Source of the DNA: Macrostomum lignano
Lineage: Eukaryota
Assembly (NCBI GenBank): GCA_002269645.1
Contig: NIVC01003738.1
Coordinates: 15,621-79,620 of the forward strand
Length of the DNA: 64,000 nucleotides
Direction: 5' to 3'
The notes under the pieces were generated by a model. That model searched no databases and was not told where the DNA came from. It saw nothing but the letters and a program-made list of their open reading frames with translations. The position numbers and the translations under genes are program-made. Below are positions 25,101 to 36,703 of this stretch, one piece after another; positions within the stretch are counted from its first letter, which is position 1, and the number at the start of each line of letters is the position of its first letter.

Positions 25101-27227
25101 CGGAAATGTATCTCCAGATCGAAATGGACCCGAAGGACAGGCCGCTGCACAGTTTCCTTTGGCGGGACGCCGATACTTCAAAGCAACCGGATGTCTACGA
25201 GTTCAACAGAGTGGTGTTCGGCGTCACCAGCTCTCCTTTCTTGGCACAGTTCGTTACCCGCTGCCATGCTGAAAAGTTAAAAGGTGAGCTTCCAGAGGCG
25301 GCCGAGACAGTACTGCACTCTACTTATATGGATGACAGCCTGGACTCTGCGCCCACCGAGGCAGCCGCCTGCAGGCTGTACGATCAACTCAGTGAGCTCT
25401 GGAGGCGCGCCGGCATGCACGCGCGCAAGTGGGTCTCGAACTCGAGAGCTGTGCTCGATAGAATCCCACCTGAAGACCGTGCAGCCGAAGTTACCTTGGA
25501 CAGCAAAGAACTACCAAGCACCAAGACACTGGGTGTCACGTGGCAGAGTGAGCAGGACGAATTTACTTTTAAAGACGAAAACGAGTCGTATCAGGTGACC
25601 ACAAGAAGGAGTTTGCTGACAAAGCTAGCGAGTGTCTTTGATCCACTTGGATTGATCTCCCCGTTTGTCGTGCAGGCGAAGATTCTGATGCAGGAGCTTT
25701 GGCAGTCAATCTGGTCAATTCTGAGGGAGACGGACGTCACCGATGAGGAGCTGCTAAGCGCGTTTGCTGGAGTGGAGGCACTTCTTAATTCAAGGCCGCT
25801 GACGTACCAGACAGCGCATCCGGCTGATGATGTGCCGCTGACGCCGAATCACTTCCTCATCGGGCAAGTCGGCGGGAAGTTTGCACCGAAGGTCGACGCT
25901 GCCATCGCCCGCAGTCCTTCAAGAAGATGGCGTCACGTCCAGCAGCTGGTGTCGCAGATCTGGCGCCGGTGGTTGCGCGAGTGGCTGCCGGGACTCGCAC
26001 CGCGGAGCAAGTGGCGCCGCGAGCTGCCTGACCTACAACCTGGAGACGTGGCGCTGCTGGTGAGCCCGGACTCGCCTCGGGGTCACTGGCCGCTGGCTCG
26101 CGTGCTGGACGTCATGCGCGGTCCTGACGGGCACGTGAGAGTCGCCACAATCAGAGTCGGTGATCGCACAATGACGAGACCAATATCAAAGTTGTGTCCA
26201 ATATCGTCAGGTTAGTTTGCAAACTTTTGTTAGAGAATTAGTCTTTGTCTGGTTTTTGCAATTTTTCTGATGAGTTGTTCAATTTTCCTGCTTGTTGCAT
26301 TGTTCGTAACGTCTTCTTTCCCTTTCATGCTAATAGGAATCACCCTGTTTTTGCCGTCTTAACCCAATTTTCGTTTTCAGTGTTCAACGCGATAAACATT
26401 CATTATTTAGCTATTTATTTTCTTGCGTGAATTTTGCTGAACAGCAGTCGTTACGGTTTAGTGAATTTGTCGGCAAGTTTGTCTTTTGCGTTTTTTGAGT
26501 TTTTTACGAGCGATATTTGCATTCTTTGAGCTCTACTTAACATTGCTTGATTTTGTTCGCTTAGAAGTACCATAGTTTCTGCGCTAGTTACGACCTTTTG
26601 ATAGCCCAATGCTTATAATTTTTTGCTTCAGTTTTTATTTCAGTTGCGGTTGGTGGTGGCGGTAATTTGCGTTAGTATTTAATTTTGAAATTTTACTTGA
26701 CAGCTGACGTACTCTTGCAAAATTTTCGATTGTCATCTACGATCTGCGTACTTATTGTCATCTAATTTTCTACCCGTCACAATGTCACCATTATTTTTCA
26801 TGCAACGTTGTTTTTTTTTGCTTTTTGAGTTTGATTTTACATCACGCATCGTTTTCGAATATTTTCCTATTACCGAATTCGTTTTCATTGTTTCATCCCT
26901 CGAATAGTTTTTGTCATTGTCATGCCAAGGTGGGGGGTATGTTTGGGAGGTAGATTAGTAGCATTGATTTTCTTTCCAATTCCACTGCGTGATTTAATGT
27001 ACGTACGTGTTTATTATTCAATTTTCTATGTACGCTGATTTAGCCCAGGCCCATCTCACCCACCCCCCTCCACGCTGGCTGATTCTGACTGACTGCAATA
27101 TATATATCATCGAGAGGGCTTATTAGCCCTGTGTACGGTTTACGCTTTTCGTTTTGTTAGCGTCCCGCTTGAGCCTCAGCTCCAAAATAGTTTGGCGGAC
27201 CATCGGTCTTTTCATTTCTACAGTACA
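22181..27227 (+). mobile_element. BEL/Pao LTR retrotransposon, internally deleted
   Basis: LTRs of about 288 bp (22181-22467, 26940-27227) appear identical except that the 5' LTR lacks its TG start; PBS TGGTAGCA (22471, tRNA-iMet-like); PPT before 26940; TSD not recoverable. Confidence 0.95.
22533..26215 (+). pseudogene. BEL/Pao gag-pol polyprotein, disrupted
   Basis: DUF1759-like IPTFSG...W..F, three Cys/His knuckles, protease ALLDDAS, RT YMDD, C-terminal RWRHVQ...W...G.DGHVR. In-frame TAA at 23322, frameshift near 24450, and a jump from MQELW to ...EELLSAFAGVEALLNSRPL near 25705 that removes RNase H and most of integrase. Confidence 0.9.
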
Positions 27228-27378
27228 TGAGGCATCGACAGAGCTGAGCAATATCAACAGCTTTGAGTGGTACGGTTTACTGAAACTGAGATGGAACCGC
27301 TCATCTGTGAACGTCTGCTGCTCCAGTTACCAAACCTGCACTGGATTGACCGTCTTTAAGTCTCTGCAGTGCAAATCT

Positions 27379-29644
27379 TTAAAACAGTAGAAAGACCATG
27401 GGGAGTGTAGTTCAAATACACACAGTTTCCGTTGTCTGGATTTCCAAAAATATTTAACCAATTGCCATGACAATCCAGAATGAACGATGAAGCAACTTCA
27501 TTCATTCAGAGAATCACGAAAAATCGGCATCGTCGAGATATTCAGCGATTCTCCTCTGGGTGTCTGGTGGCAAAAACCACCAACATTGGCAAAATTTTTC
27601 TGCTCACGAAATCTAACCATGAAACCACGTCGGCTCACCAAACTATGCATATCAGTCGCAGGGGCTTTTGCTCTCAGCACTCCAGGCACCAGGGTCCCCT
27701 TCATCACCGTCTGGAGCATCGGCGGCGACCGTCGGGACCTTCAACAAAAGCACCCGATCGGCATCTCAGAGACGGCTGCGTTCCCAAAACTGAAAAGGAA
27801 GAATCCTCTTCTGCATGCAGCATTCAGTCAGTAGACATAATCGGTGAATAAAATAGACGATGGCGACCCTCTAGGCTTACCTGCAGACATACAGGCGACC
27901 TTCGGGACCTTCAACGGAGTGCCAACACGCGGCCTTGACGAGCTGGCACCGCCAACATAGTGATTTTTCTATCAAGGCACCAGACCAGGCATGTCTGCGT
28001 ATTATACAATGGTCCTGCACCATGTTCAGCATTCAGCTCTGTCTGGACGACCTTCGGGACCTTCAACGGAGTGCCACCACGCGGCCCTGACGAGCTGGCA
28101 CCGCCAACATCGTGATTTTTCGATCAAGGCACCAGACCAGACAATGCTTTTTCACCATGTTAAATTCGAAACTGCCTAAAATCGCCAGCGGACTGCCGCA
28201 ACGGACAAGCTCTACGGCATCCGACGCCTGTGGGACACCTTTGTCAGTCAGCTGCGCCATCCTGTTCTTTCCGGGCCGTACCTCTGCGTCGACGAAAGTC
28301 TGGTTGTTTACTGGGGTGTGGACTGTGACTTCACGGTATTTCTGAAGGAGAAGCCCGGTCGCAATGCTGCCAAGCTGTTCCTGCTGACATCGGCTGGGAA
28401 TCCAGAGATTCAGGATGACATGGACATCCGCTATGTGTTCAATGTGGAAATCTGCACTGGCAAAGGAACACTGCTGTCCACTACTTTTGCATCACAGGAA
28501 TCCGATGCTCGGCTGGCCAAGGGCTCAGAGGTGTGGAGTGGTGAGCAGGTTCTTTGCCGCTTGGCTGATCCATTCAGAGGACACTGGTGCAACATCACAT
28601 GTGACAGATTCTTCTCGAGTCCTGCGCTGGCCAATCTCTTGTACCGAGAAATGGGATTCACGTTTCTTGGAACAGTGATGCGCACTCATGGTGGTCTGCC
28701 ACCCGATCTCAAGAATTCAACTCAAAGCATGGCACCACACACGAGCGAATTCCGGTTTGTTTTCTGAGGAGCTCACGTGCGTGTCCTACTGCCCCAAGGC
28801 GGGCCGAACCGTGATGTTGCTGTCCACCATGCATCACGACAGACAATTTCTTCCCAATGGCAAGCCTGTAGCAATAGGCACGTACCAAGAGTTGGAGGTG
28901 CCAGCTTGTCAGGGCCGCGTGGTGCCACTCCGTTGAAGGTCCCGAAGGTCGTCCAGACAGAGCTGAATTCTGAACATGGTGCAGGACCATTGTATAATAT
29001 GCAGACATGCCTGGTCTGGTGCCTTGATAGAAAAATCACGATATTGGCGGTGCCAGCTCGTCAGGGCCGCGTGTTGGCACTCCGTTGAAGGTCCCGAAAG
29101 CCTAGAGGTCCCGGTAAGCCTAGAGGGTCGCCATCGTCTATTTCATTCACCGATTATGTCTACTGACTGAATGCTGTATGCAGAAGAGTATTCTTCCATT
29201 TCAGTTTTGGGAACGCAGCCGTCTCTGAGATGCCGATCGGGTGCTTTTGTTGAAGGTCCCGACGGTCGCCGCCGATGCTCCAGACGGTGATGAAGGGGAC
29301 CCTGGTGCCTGGGATGCTGAGAACAAAGGCCTGTACGACAGATGGATCCAGATTATTGAGCCAATATGGATTCACCATAAAGGTTTATACAGTGTACTGT
29401 TGGTTGTCCTTGCCACCAGTGTCTTCGACAAGTATCGTTGAATATCTCGACGATGCTGACGTCGGATGACTTTGAAAGTTAGTTCGTCGAAAAGGGCGGA
29501 AAATTTTGATCCATGTGGTGGACTTTTACGAAAATCGGTAATTCGGTTTGCGAGCTATCGTGAAATGGGTTGTGTGTATTGGTACGAGCTACACCCCCGT
29601 GGTCTTTCCCCATGGGGAAAATAGCGTGGTATTTCTACTGTTAA
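27379..29644 (+). mobile_element. Non-autonomous piggyBac derivative with very long inverted arms
   Basis: TTAA at both ends followed inward by CAGTAGAAA; about 27390-28150 is the reverse complement of about 28880-29640; the centre (about 28180-28900) encodes broken transposase (DKLYGIR, LCVDESL, EKPG, ITCDRFFSS, LGTV, MLLSTMH). Confidence 0.8.
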
Positions 29645-31116
29645 ACCAACAGCCAGTTGGTAAAGATGGTGAGTAGTTGTTTGTGGTTAGTAATTCACAG
29701 TCATCGGGATTAAAAATGAGCAGCATTTGATCGGCTTCTATTAAGAGAACGTCCTAGCTCTGTTGGTAGCCAGCCTTTGGTGATTTTCTAAGAAACGGAG
29801 TGTCCTGTCCCTCTGCCATAGTCGTCTTTGACAGGAAATTCTCAACTGGAAAGATTGGTAGACTGTAGCTGAGATATGTTTTATTAACATGGCCTAATTC
29901 ACGACATGTTTCGTTTTAAAGTTGTAGCTCAGTGGGACGATCGCTCGGCAAGGTTTTTCTCGCTTCTATTGGCTTCTATACTGGCTTCACTAGTTGTGGG
30001 CTTCCTTCTGTCTATAATATACCACAAATCTGGTATGCTTTTTACCTGCGAGAGAAATCCGGTGAGTCATATTTAAGTCATTTCAAAATTCAATTTAAAA
30101 TCTGCCAGAAAGTGTTTCACGTCATTATTTCGTACCATTTACGGTGCTGTGTTCATGCATACTCCATAGATCAAAGTTCATCATGCATATTTTCTTAATG
30201 CTTCGACTATGAAATTGCGATTTTTAATTTATCCTTTATACATGGAATGAATCCTGTACGCTTGCAAAATTTCAGCCACAGAGAGGTCACACTGGACTGC
30301 GAAGTCAGCACAATGCAGGTCAGGCCGTCCCAATGCGAATACGGAACAACTTCGCAGTGCAAAATGACTCACACGGCAGCAGTGAATACGACTATCCAAC
30401 AACCGAGCAGCCAGGAAGCTGCCAAAATGAACAGTTGGGTCAAGAAGGTGCCTACACACAGGTGCTGCTGGTTCCTTTACAACAGGGATCACTGAATGAA
30501 GGTCGGGTTTACGTCAACCAGACTGAAAATGCTACTTGAGTCAGTTGAGCATTTAAGTAAGAACTTGAGAGGCTGTGAGATAGATTTTGACATTGTTGCT
30601 TGCCAAGTGCACCATTGTCCAATATTCAGTCATGTGACCCATAATGAAACACTTCAAACCGATTCTGACTTTGCAACAAGTCGGTACTGCTATGCTTAAT
30701 GATGCGACAATACTGATCACTTTGTGCACTATTTACTAGCTCTGATTTGTAGCTCTTTTTTTAGAAAAAAAGTGATGTCAACTGAGGCCTCGGAGTTTGG
30801 AATTGAGAGACGAGGAATCGATATACGCTCGTATAATCTAATTGTGGTAAAACGAGTGTTAATGCCACGTTTTCTGCTTTTATGCGTCTTGTCCATATAT
30901 ATGCATGGCTGCTGACTGCATAACTTCGAAGAGTGTCTTCAATAACTAGAAAGCAATTCGGAATTCAGTGATCACTTACTGGTGCCAGCTCCTCTACTTT
31001 GTCGGGCAGGTCCGTAGAGCTTGTTTCCTCAATATGGTCTTCCTCCGGAGTTGTCTTCTTGAATTATAAAGTCGGCCGAGTATGAGAGCGTAACAGTTTA
31101 ATCCGTCGACGTCGAT

Positions 31117-32435
31117 ATATTCCTCCAGTACAGAAATCCAATATATCCCTCGAGTGCAGAAATCCAATATATTCCTCGAGTGCAGAAATCCAATATATTC
31201 CTCCAGTACAGAAATCCAATATATTCCTCCAGTACAGAAATCCAATATATCCCTCGAGTGCAGAAATCCAATATATTCCTCGAGTGCAGAAATCCAATAT
31301 ATCCCTCGAGTGCAGAAATCCAATATATTCCTCCAGTACAGAAATCCAATATATCCCTCGAGTGCAGAAATCCAATATATTCCTCGAGTGCAGAAATCCA
31401 ATATATTCCTCGAGTGCAGAAATCCAATATATTCCTCGAGTGCAGAAATCCAATATATCCCTCGAGTGCAGAAATCCAATATATTCCTCCAGTACAGAAA
31501 TCCAATATATCCCTCGAGTGCAGAAATCCAATATCTTCCTCGAGTGCAGAAATCCAATATATTCCTCGAGTGCAGAAATCCAATATATCCCTCGAGTGCA
31601 GAAATCCAATATCTTCCTCGAGTGCAGAAATCCAATATATTCCTCGAGTGCAGAAATCCAATAATCCCTCGAGTGCAGAAATCCAATATATTCCTCGAGT
31701 GCAAAAATCCAATATATTCCTCGAGTGCAAAAATCCAATATATTCCTCGAGTGCAGAAATCCAATATATTCCTCGAGTGCAGAAATCCAATATCTTCCTC
31801 GAGTGCAGAAATCCAATATATTCCTCGAGTGCAAAAATCCAATATATTCCTCGAGTGCAGAAATCCAATATATCCCTCGAGTGCAGAAATCCAATTTATT
31901 CCTCGAGTGCAGAAATCCAATATATTCCTCGAGTGCAAAAATCCAATATATTCCTCGAGTGCAAAAATCCAATATATTCCTCGAGTGCAGAAATCCAATA
32001 TCTTCCTCGAGTGCAGAAATCCAATATATTCTTCCAGTGCAGAAATCCAATAATCCCTCGAGTGCAGAAATCCAATATATTCCTCGAGTGCAGAAATCCA
32101 ATATATTCCTCGAGTGCAGAAATCCAATATATTCCTCGAGTGCAGAAATCCAATATATTCCTCGAGTGCAGAAATCCAATATATTCCTCGAGTGCAGAAA
32201 TCCAATATATTCCTAGAGTGCAGAAATTCAATATATCCCTCCAGTGCAGAAATTCAATATATCCCTCGAGTGCAGAAATCCAATATATTCATCGAGTGCA
32301 GAAATCCAATATATTCCTCGAGTGCAGAAACCAATATATTCCTCGAGTGCAGAAATCCAATTTATCCTTCCAGTGCAGAAATCCAATATATTCCTAGAGT
32401 GCAGAAATCCAATGTATTCCTAGAGTGCAGAAATC
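31117..32435. repeat. 26-bp minisatellite (CCTCGAGTGCAGAAATCCAATATATT)n, about 50 units
   Basis: Direct inspection; source of spurious long ORFs in several frames. Confidence 0.97.
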
Positions 32436-32971
32436 CAAATCAAAGATGCACCCTAATAAAATCAACTCTATAACAATGACGAGGTCTCCAGAAAGGGCAT
32501 CTTCTTCTAGAAATAACAGAATCAGAGCCTTCTGCCCTTATCTGTTACTCTAGGCTACCAAATCAATCAAATCAATAATCCTTTAAGAGTATCGGAATCG
32601 GTCGGCAGATCCTATCCAATCCCTTAGGAATAGGGAGGCCTCACATTCAATAAAAATCGACTGATCAGTAACGGCCGGCAATAACACAGCTCTCAATAAT
32701 CAAACAACAAAGACTCTGACAAAGGCTTACCAATTGGTATTTGTCTCCCTCAGAGACTTAGCCTCGTTTGGCTGCTCTGGCAAAGCCCAAGATCTCTTGA
32801 GGCCGCCCGAGGCTGCTCCGAGTCTGCTCGGATATTTCGCTTGTACACAATTTATACACAATTTAAGTCGACCTTTAACATCTTCAAATCCGATGGTCAG
32901 CGTGGCTGACCATGTATCACTTTAGCTAAAATCCAACTCTTTATGGCCATAGACTCAACTTTTGTCTTCAC

Positions 32972-35268
32972 TTAACAGCATATCGCGAAAACCCATATGG
33001 TCAGCTTGGCTGACCATGGCTGTAAGTAGTCTAAATGAAGTATAATAACGACAAAACATGCATTCAAGCATGTCAAAAACTCAAAAATATCGTCAAAAAT
33101 ATCAAAAACATGAAAATTTATTTCACAAAAAACATGAATTACTAAAATGTAGCATTGCTTTGAGTTCTTTTTTAATAAATTTTGCAAAAGATCCAGTAAA
33201 TGTAGCTTTACTTCTGTTGCTATTACACTACCTAACTTTTATGCAATGTGAGGCAAGACAATAACAGGTAGTCAGCAGGAGTAAAACGAACAACTCTCCT
33301 CTCAGCCTACGAGTGCCAGGCTCGAAAGCAGTCAGGGATGCACAAGCCGGGCTGACCCGGGCACTGCTGACAGACGAAGACGGTACGTTTGGTGATGCCA
33401 TTGCGATAGCAGACTCTGCAGCGACGTGCAGGTCGCTGGTTACCAGGTGTGGCAGGCAGCTTACTGGGCAAGTGAACAGCATCGGCAACAGGACGCGATG
33501 GGTAGACGCACCGTCTTTTTCCAGGCCCTGAGCTGTCTATCAGGGCAACGATCAGTTGTTCCATGAACTTCAGAAAAGTCAGTGAGCCGCCGGAGTGCCG
33601 GAACAAAATCCAGGCATTGTGCGACAGCTGCAATAGGAAATGAATTCCGAGCTTCTGGTGCCAGCGGTACATCTTTCTGCTTGGGTGGTAGGGCTGCAGC
33701 GCAGAGTCAAGGCGGTCGACACCACCCATGGACTTTGAGTAGTCCGTCACAGTCACCGGCTTTCGAACAACCTCCATTTGTCCACCTCGTCTGTACCGTT
33801 GTCGCGCAGTGCTCTGGGCCGTACCGAAGGTGTCAAGCAGGTAGACTGTCTTAATACCGCTTGCTTTTCTGTCTGTCAGCTTCACTGCCAAAACATCACC
33901 GCTTCGCATGTAGCAGTGGGATGGAGGCACTGCTGGCATCTGCCGGAGCTCGACTGGAATGCCGCGGTCACAGCGAACGGTGCCTGTTAGTAAGGTACTG
34001 TGAGCTAGTAGAAACTCGGCCAGTCGTCGGGAGGAGAAATAACTGTCAACAAACACCCTGTAGCCAAGATTTAGCAGGTCCTTCGACAGCTCCACCACTA
34101 TTCGCTCGCTGATGGACAGGTTGTAGTCGACGAATTCGCTGCCAAACTTGCTGTTTTCCTCAGCTGTCGAATGAACGAGGACGTTCCATAAGTAACCGGT
34201 CTTAGAGTCACAAAGACAATAGGTCTTAATTCCATATCTAGCCCGCTTGCTGGGAATATACTGTTTGAACGCTAGTCGTCCTTTGTGCTGAACAAGCTCC
34301 TCGTCAACAGCGATGACCCTGTCAGGCTGAAAATTCTGCTGACAAACTTCCTTTACTGAGTTCAAGAACGGGCGGATTTTGCGAAGCGGATCGTCATTGT
34401 CACCAACGCGACAGTCGTAGAACCTCAGAAAAGATAAGATTTGTTGGAACCGGTTTCGAGACAGGCAGTTTTCACTCAGGAACAACTGGTTGTCATAAAA
34501 CTTTCCAGTGGCCCAGTAGTTTTTTATCTCTGGCTTGCGCACGATTCCCATGTAAAATATTATTGCGATGGTCTTTCTTATCTCATCATCTGCACAGTCT
34601 CTCCAATCGGTCAATCTCGGTGGCAGCTGCTGGTCATCCTCTTCGTTCTCAAAGATTCGCAGCTCCTCCCATGCGCGAGCATTGGTGAATTCTTTCAAAT
34701 GACTAATAATGTCCTTCGTGAATAAGTTGAAAAAGAGTAACGGCTCATTTGCTGGTGCTTGAACACCAGGATTCATACCGTGGACTCCGAGAAACTCGGG
34801 AAGCTGCCCAGCTCTGTCATCTTCTCCGTCGCTGACAATTGTCCATTCGTTTTCCTCATCCTCCATCTCCAAGGTTGGCTCCTCAATTACTTCAATAACT
34901 GAGTCCTGATCTGACTCAGTCGATGAGCTGTTGGACTCGTCGCTTGTAAGAAGTTGATGAAGACTCATTATTACTTATCCGTCGAAATAGCAAATTATAT
35001 GACAATTCTTCTTAAAATGAAGAGGTAAACAATCTAGATTGAATGCAAAGGAGAAAAATCTTACTAGGGATAGTGATACAGTACGAGGAAGGAAGGGCAG
35101 AAGCAGTCCACAGTGATAGGTTCTATGGCTGAAACCCCAAAGCAGGTCACAGAGTGTTCCAAACACACTCTCTCAAGTAACGGGTTTTGGCGATGTTAAA
35201 GCAGCACTATAATTTTACATAGCAGTAGTCTATGGTCAGCCCTGCTGACCATACGGGTTTTCGCTTAA
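32972..35268 (-). mobile_element. piggyBac DNA transposon, apparently autonomous
   Basis: Inverted terminal motif GCGAAAACCCRTATGGTCAGCnnnGCTGACCAT at 32985-33017 and 35232-35264; TTAA at 35265 and 32972; extra TIR-like copies at 32875-32913 and 35180-35199, so exact ends are uncertain. Confidence 0.85.
33307..34968 (-). CDS. piggyBac transposase (553 aa, uninterrupted)
   Basis: Acidic N-terminus, SRNRF..I...LRF, DPLRKIRP, AVDEE, YIPSKRARYGIK, FVDSYFSS, MGGVDRLD, C-terminal Cys-rich domain CRVC...CQQC...LC..DCF. Confidence 0.95.
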   Translation of the reverse strand: MSLHQLLTSDESNSSSTESDQDSVIEVIEEPTLEMEDEENEWTIVSDGEDDRAGQLPEFLGVHGMNPGVQAPANEPLLFFNLFTKDIISHLKEFTNARAWEELRIFENEEDDQQLPPRLTDWRDCADDEIRKTIAIIFYMGIVRKPEIKNYWATGKFYDNQLFLSENCLSRNRFQQILSFLRFYDCRVGDNDDPLRKIRPFLNSVKEVCQQNFQPDRVIAVDEELVQHKGRLAFKQYIPSKRARYGIKTYCLCDSKTGYLWNVLVHSTAEENSKFGSEFVDYNLSISERIVVELSKDLLNLGYRVFVDSYFSSRRLAEFLLAHSTLLTGTVRCDRGIPVELRQMPAVPPSHCYMRSGDVLAVKLTDRKASGIKTVYLLDTFGTAQSTARQRYRRGGQMEVVRKPVTVTDYSKSMGGVDRLDSALQPYHPSRKMYRWHQKLGIHFLLQLSHNAWILFRHSGGSLTFLKFMEQLIVALIDSSGPGKRRCVYPSRPVADAVHLPSKLPATPGNQRPARRCRVCYRNGITKRTVFVCQQCPGQPGLCIPDCFRAWHS

Positions 35269-36703
35269 TGTAGAGAAAATGCGCGGTATGGAACTGGTTA
35301 AGCCCCAAACTGCTTTTATTGATGAGATCAAAAATTGATTCTGTCCTTTGACCGGTGGGGTTTTTGAATAGAAAATGGTGAGACTTGGCTCGCATTTAAG
35401 TTAACATTTACCATATTTGGAAGTAGATGTTTTAAACCGGTTTTTCGAACGATAGAATGATCAGTGGCTGTTTTTGGGATATTTCTGGTATTACTAAAAA
35501 TAGAGTATGACGCATGCTATTTTTAAATATGTGTTCATATTTTTATCTTACTACTTCTAGTAGTCTACTGTGTTTCTGAGATCTCTACACTATTAGAAAT
35601 TTGCTTTTTTAAGGCGACTTATGCTTTACTCCTGTAACAATAATTAAACTCGATTTCTTGGTCAAGAACCCAAATATATTTTTTTCCGATTCAAAATTCA
35701 GTCAACAGGTTTGTTTTCTGATGCAACTGGAAGTACTTGTAGGCCCTCTGTACCTCTGAGACGCTGAATTGATAGATGTGGTCTTTGGTTGCGGTCGGGT
35801 TCTTCGTAGTAGACTGTAGAGCCGGCTTATAGTATTTGTACTTTCAATGGCAGAGGCCCAATGAGATTCTGGGAAATAGCTATGTGCTCCAAGGGAAAAT
35901 GAGAGGACTGCATCAAAACTCAACAATGGGCTGAATAGCCAAGTAGTATAGGTCATTGGTTGCGTAGCTCGTATACGAATGGAGCAGATTCTTAATGTTA
36001 CAGGCGGACTTATTTTTCGACGCAGGAGGGATTAGAAAAAGGATTAGAAAGTCCTGAAGGACTTATCACAGGCTTAAACGTCCTTGGAAGCACTGGGCAC
36101 GCTATAGTGCTCTCCGTAAGTTTCTGTTACTCATTAAGACTGCTTGTTTACAGATGTGATAGGGAAAGTGCTTTCGGCAACCTAGTTTACTGTAAGCGTA
36201 CATGATTGATGCATTTGATTGATTTCAGTTTAGGGGTTCTCTGGGTGCGCACATTATAGTAGAATAAAATTCATGCAACGATTGTTCATGTCGGTTTGTA
36301 AAGGTCAACTGAATGTTTTATTGCTTATGTAAGGCTAACATTAGTCATATTCTATTTTCAGCATTTTTAGATTTACAAACGCATTTTCTTACTTTAATAC
36401 TAGCCATACAAAAACAAATTGAATACCCTGTGCATTATTAATTCGGTTTTTCTGTTGTTACTGCACTCTACATGGGTTTTTCTTGTGCTTTGGCTCGATT
36501 CTTTTCTCTTTTGCTTAAAAATGAGCAGTATATGCTGAAGCTAAGATTGCAAGGTAGAATTTTTGTATAAATTACAGAAAAGCCAGACACTGATACCTGA
36601 TTTATAAAAAAGTAAATTGGTAAAAGCTAATACTAACTAAAATAAAGTACGGCTTTTGGATTCAAGTACGTCTTTAGTTCTTTGCGGCTCGAATCGTTTT
36701 GCA

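Larger units (their letters stand above)
18057..30539 (+). pseudogene. Family B copy B2, disrupted by two transposons within one exon
   Basis: Open, phase-consistent exons 18057-18150 (signal peptide MKDFYKLLQLLLLCNTKFTAG), 18240-18428, 18698-18864, 18949-19015, 19082-19254, 19331-19475, 19567-19721, 19905-20085, 20302-20468, 20554-20698, 20774-20892, 21883-22075. Exon 13 is split into 22157-22180, 27228-27382 and 29645-29668. TM exon about 29922-30061 (FFSLLLASILASLVVGFLLSIIY); tail exon 30276-30539 (GSSEYDYPT). Confidence 0.7.

Noticed and set aside
30994-32473. 300-400 aa repetitive ORFs on both strands
   Set aside because: Products of the 26-bp satellite; open in many frames at once with no unique sequence.
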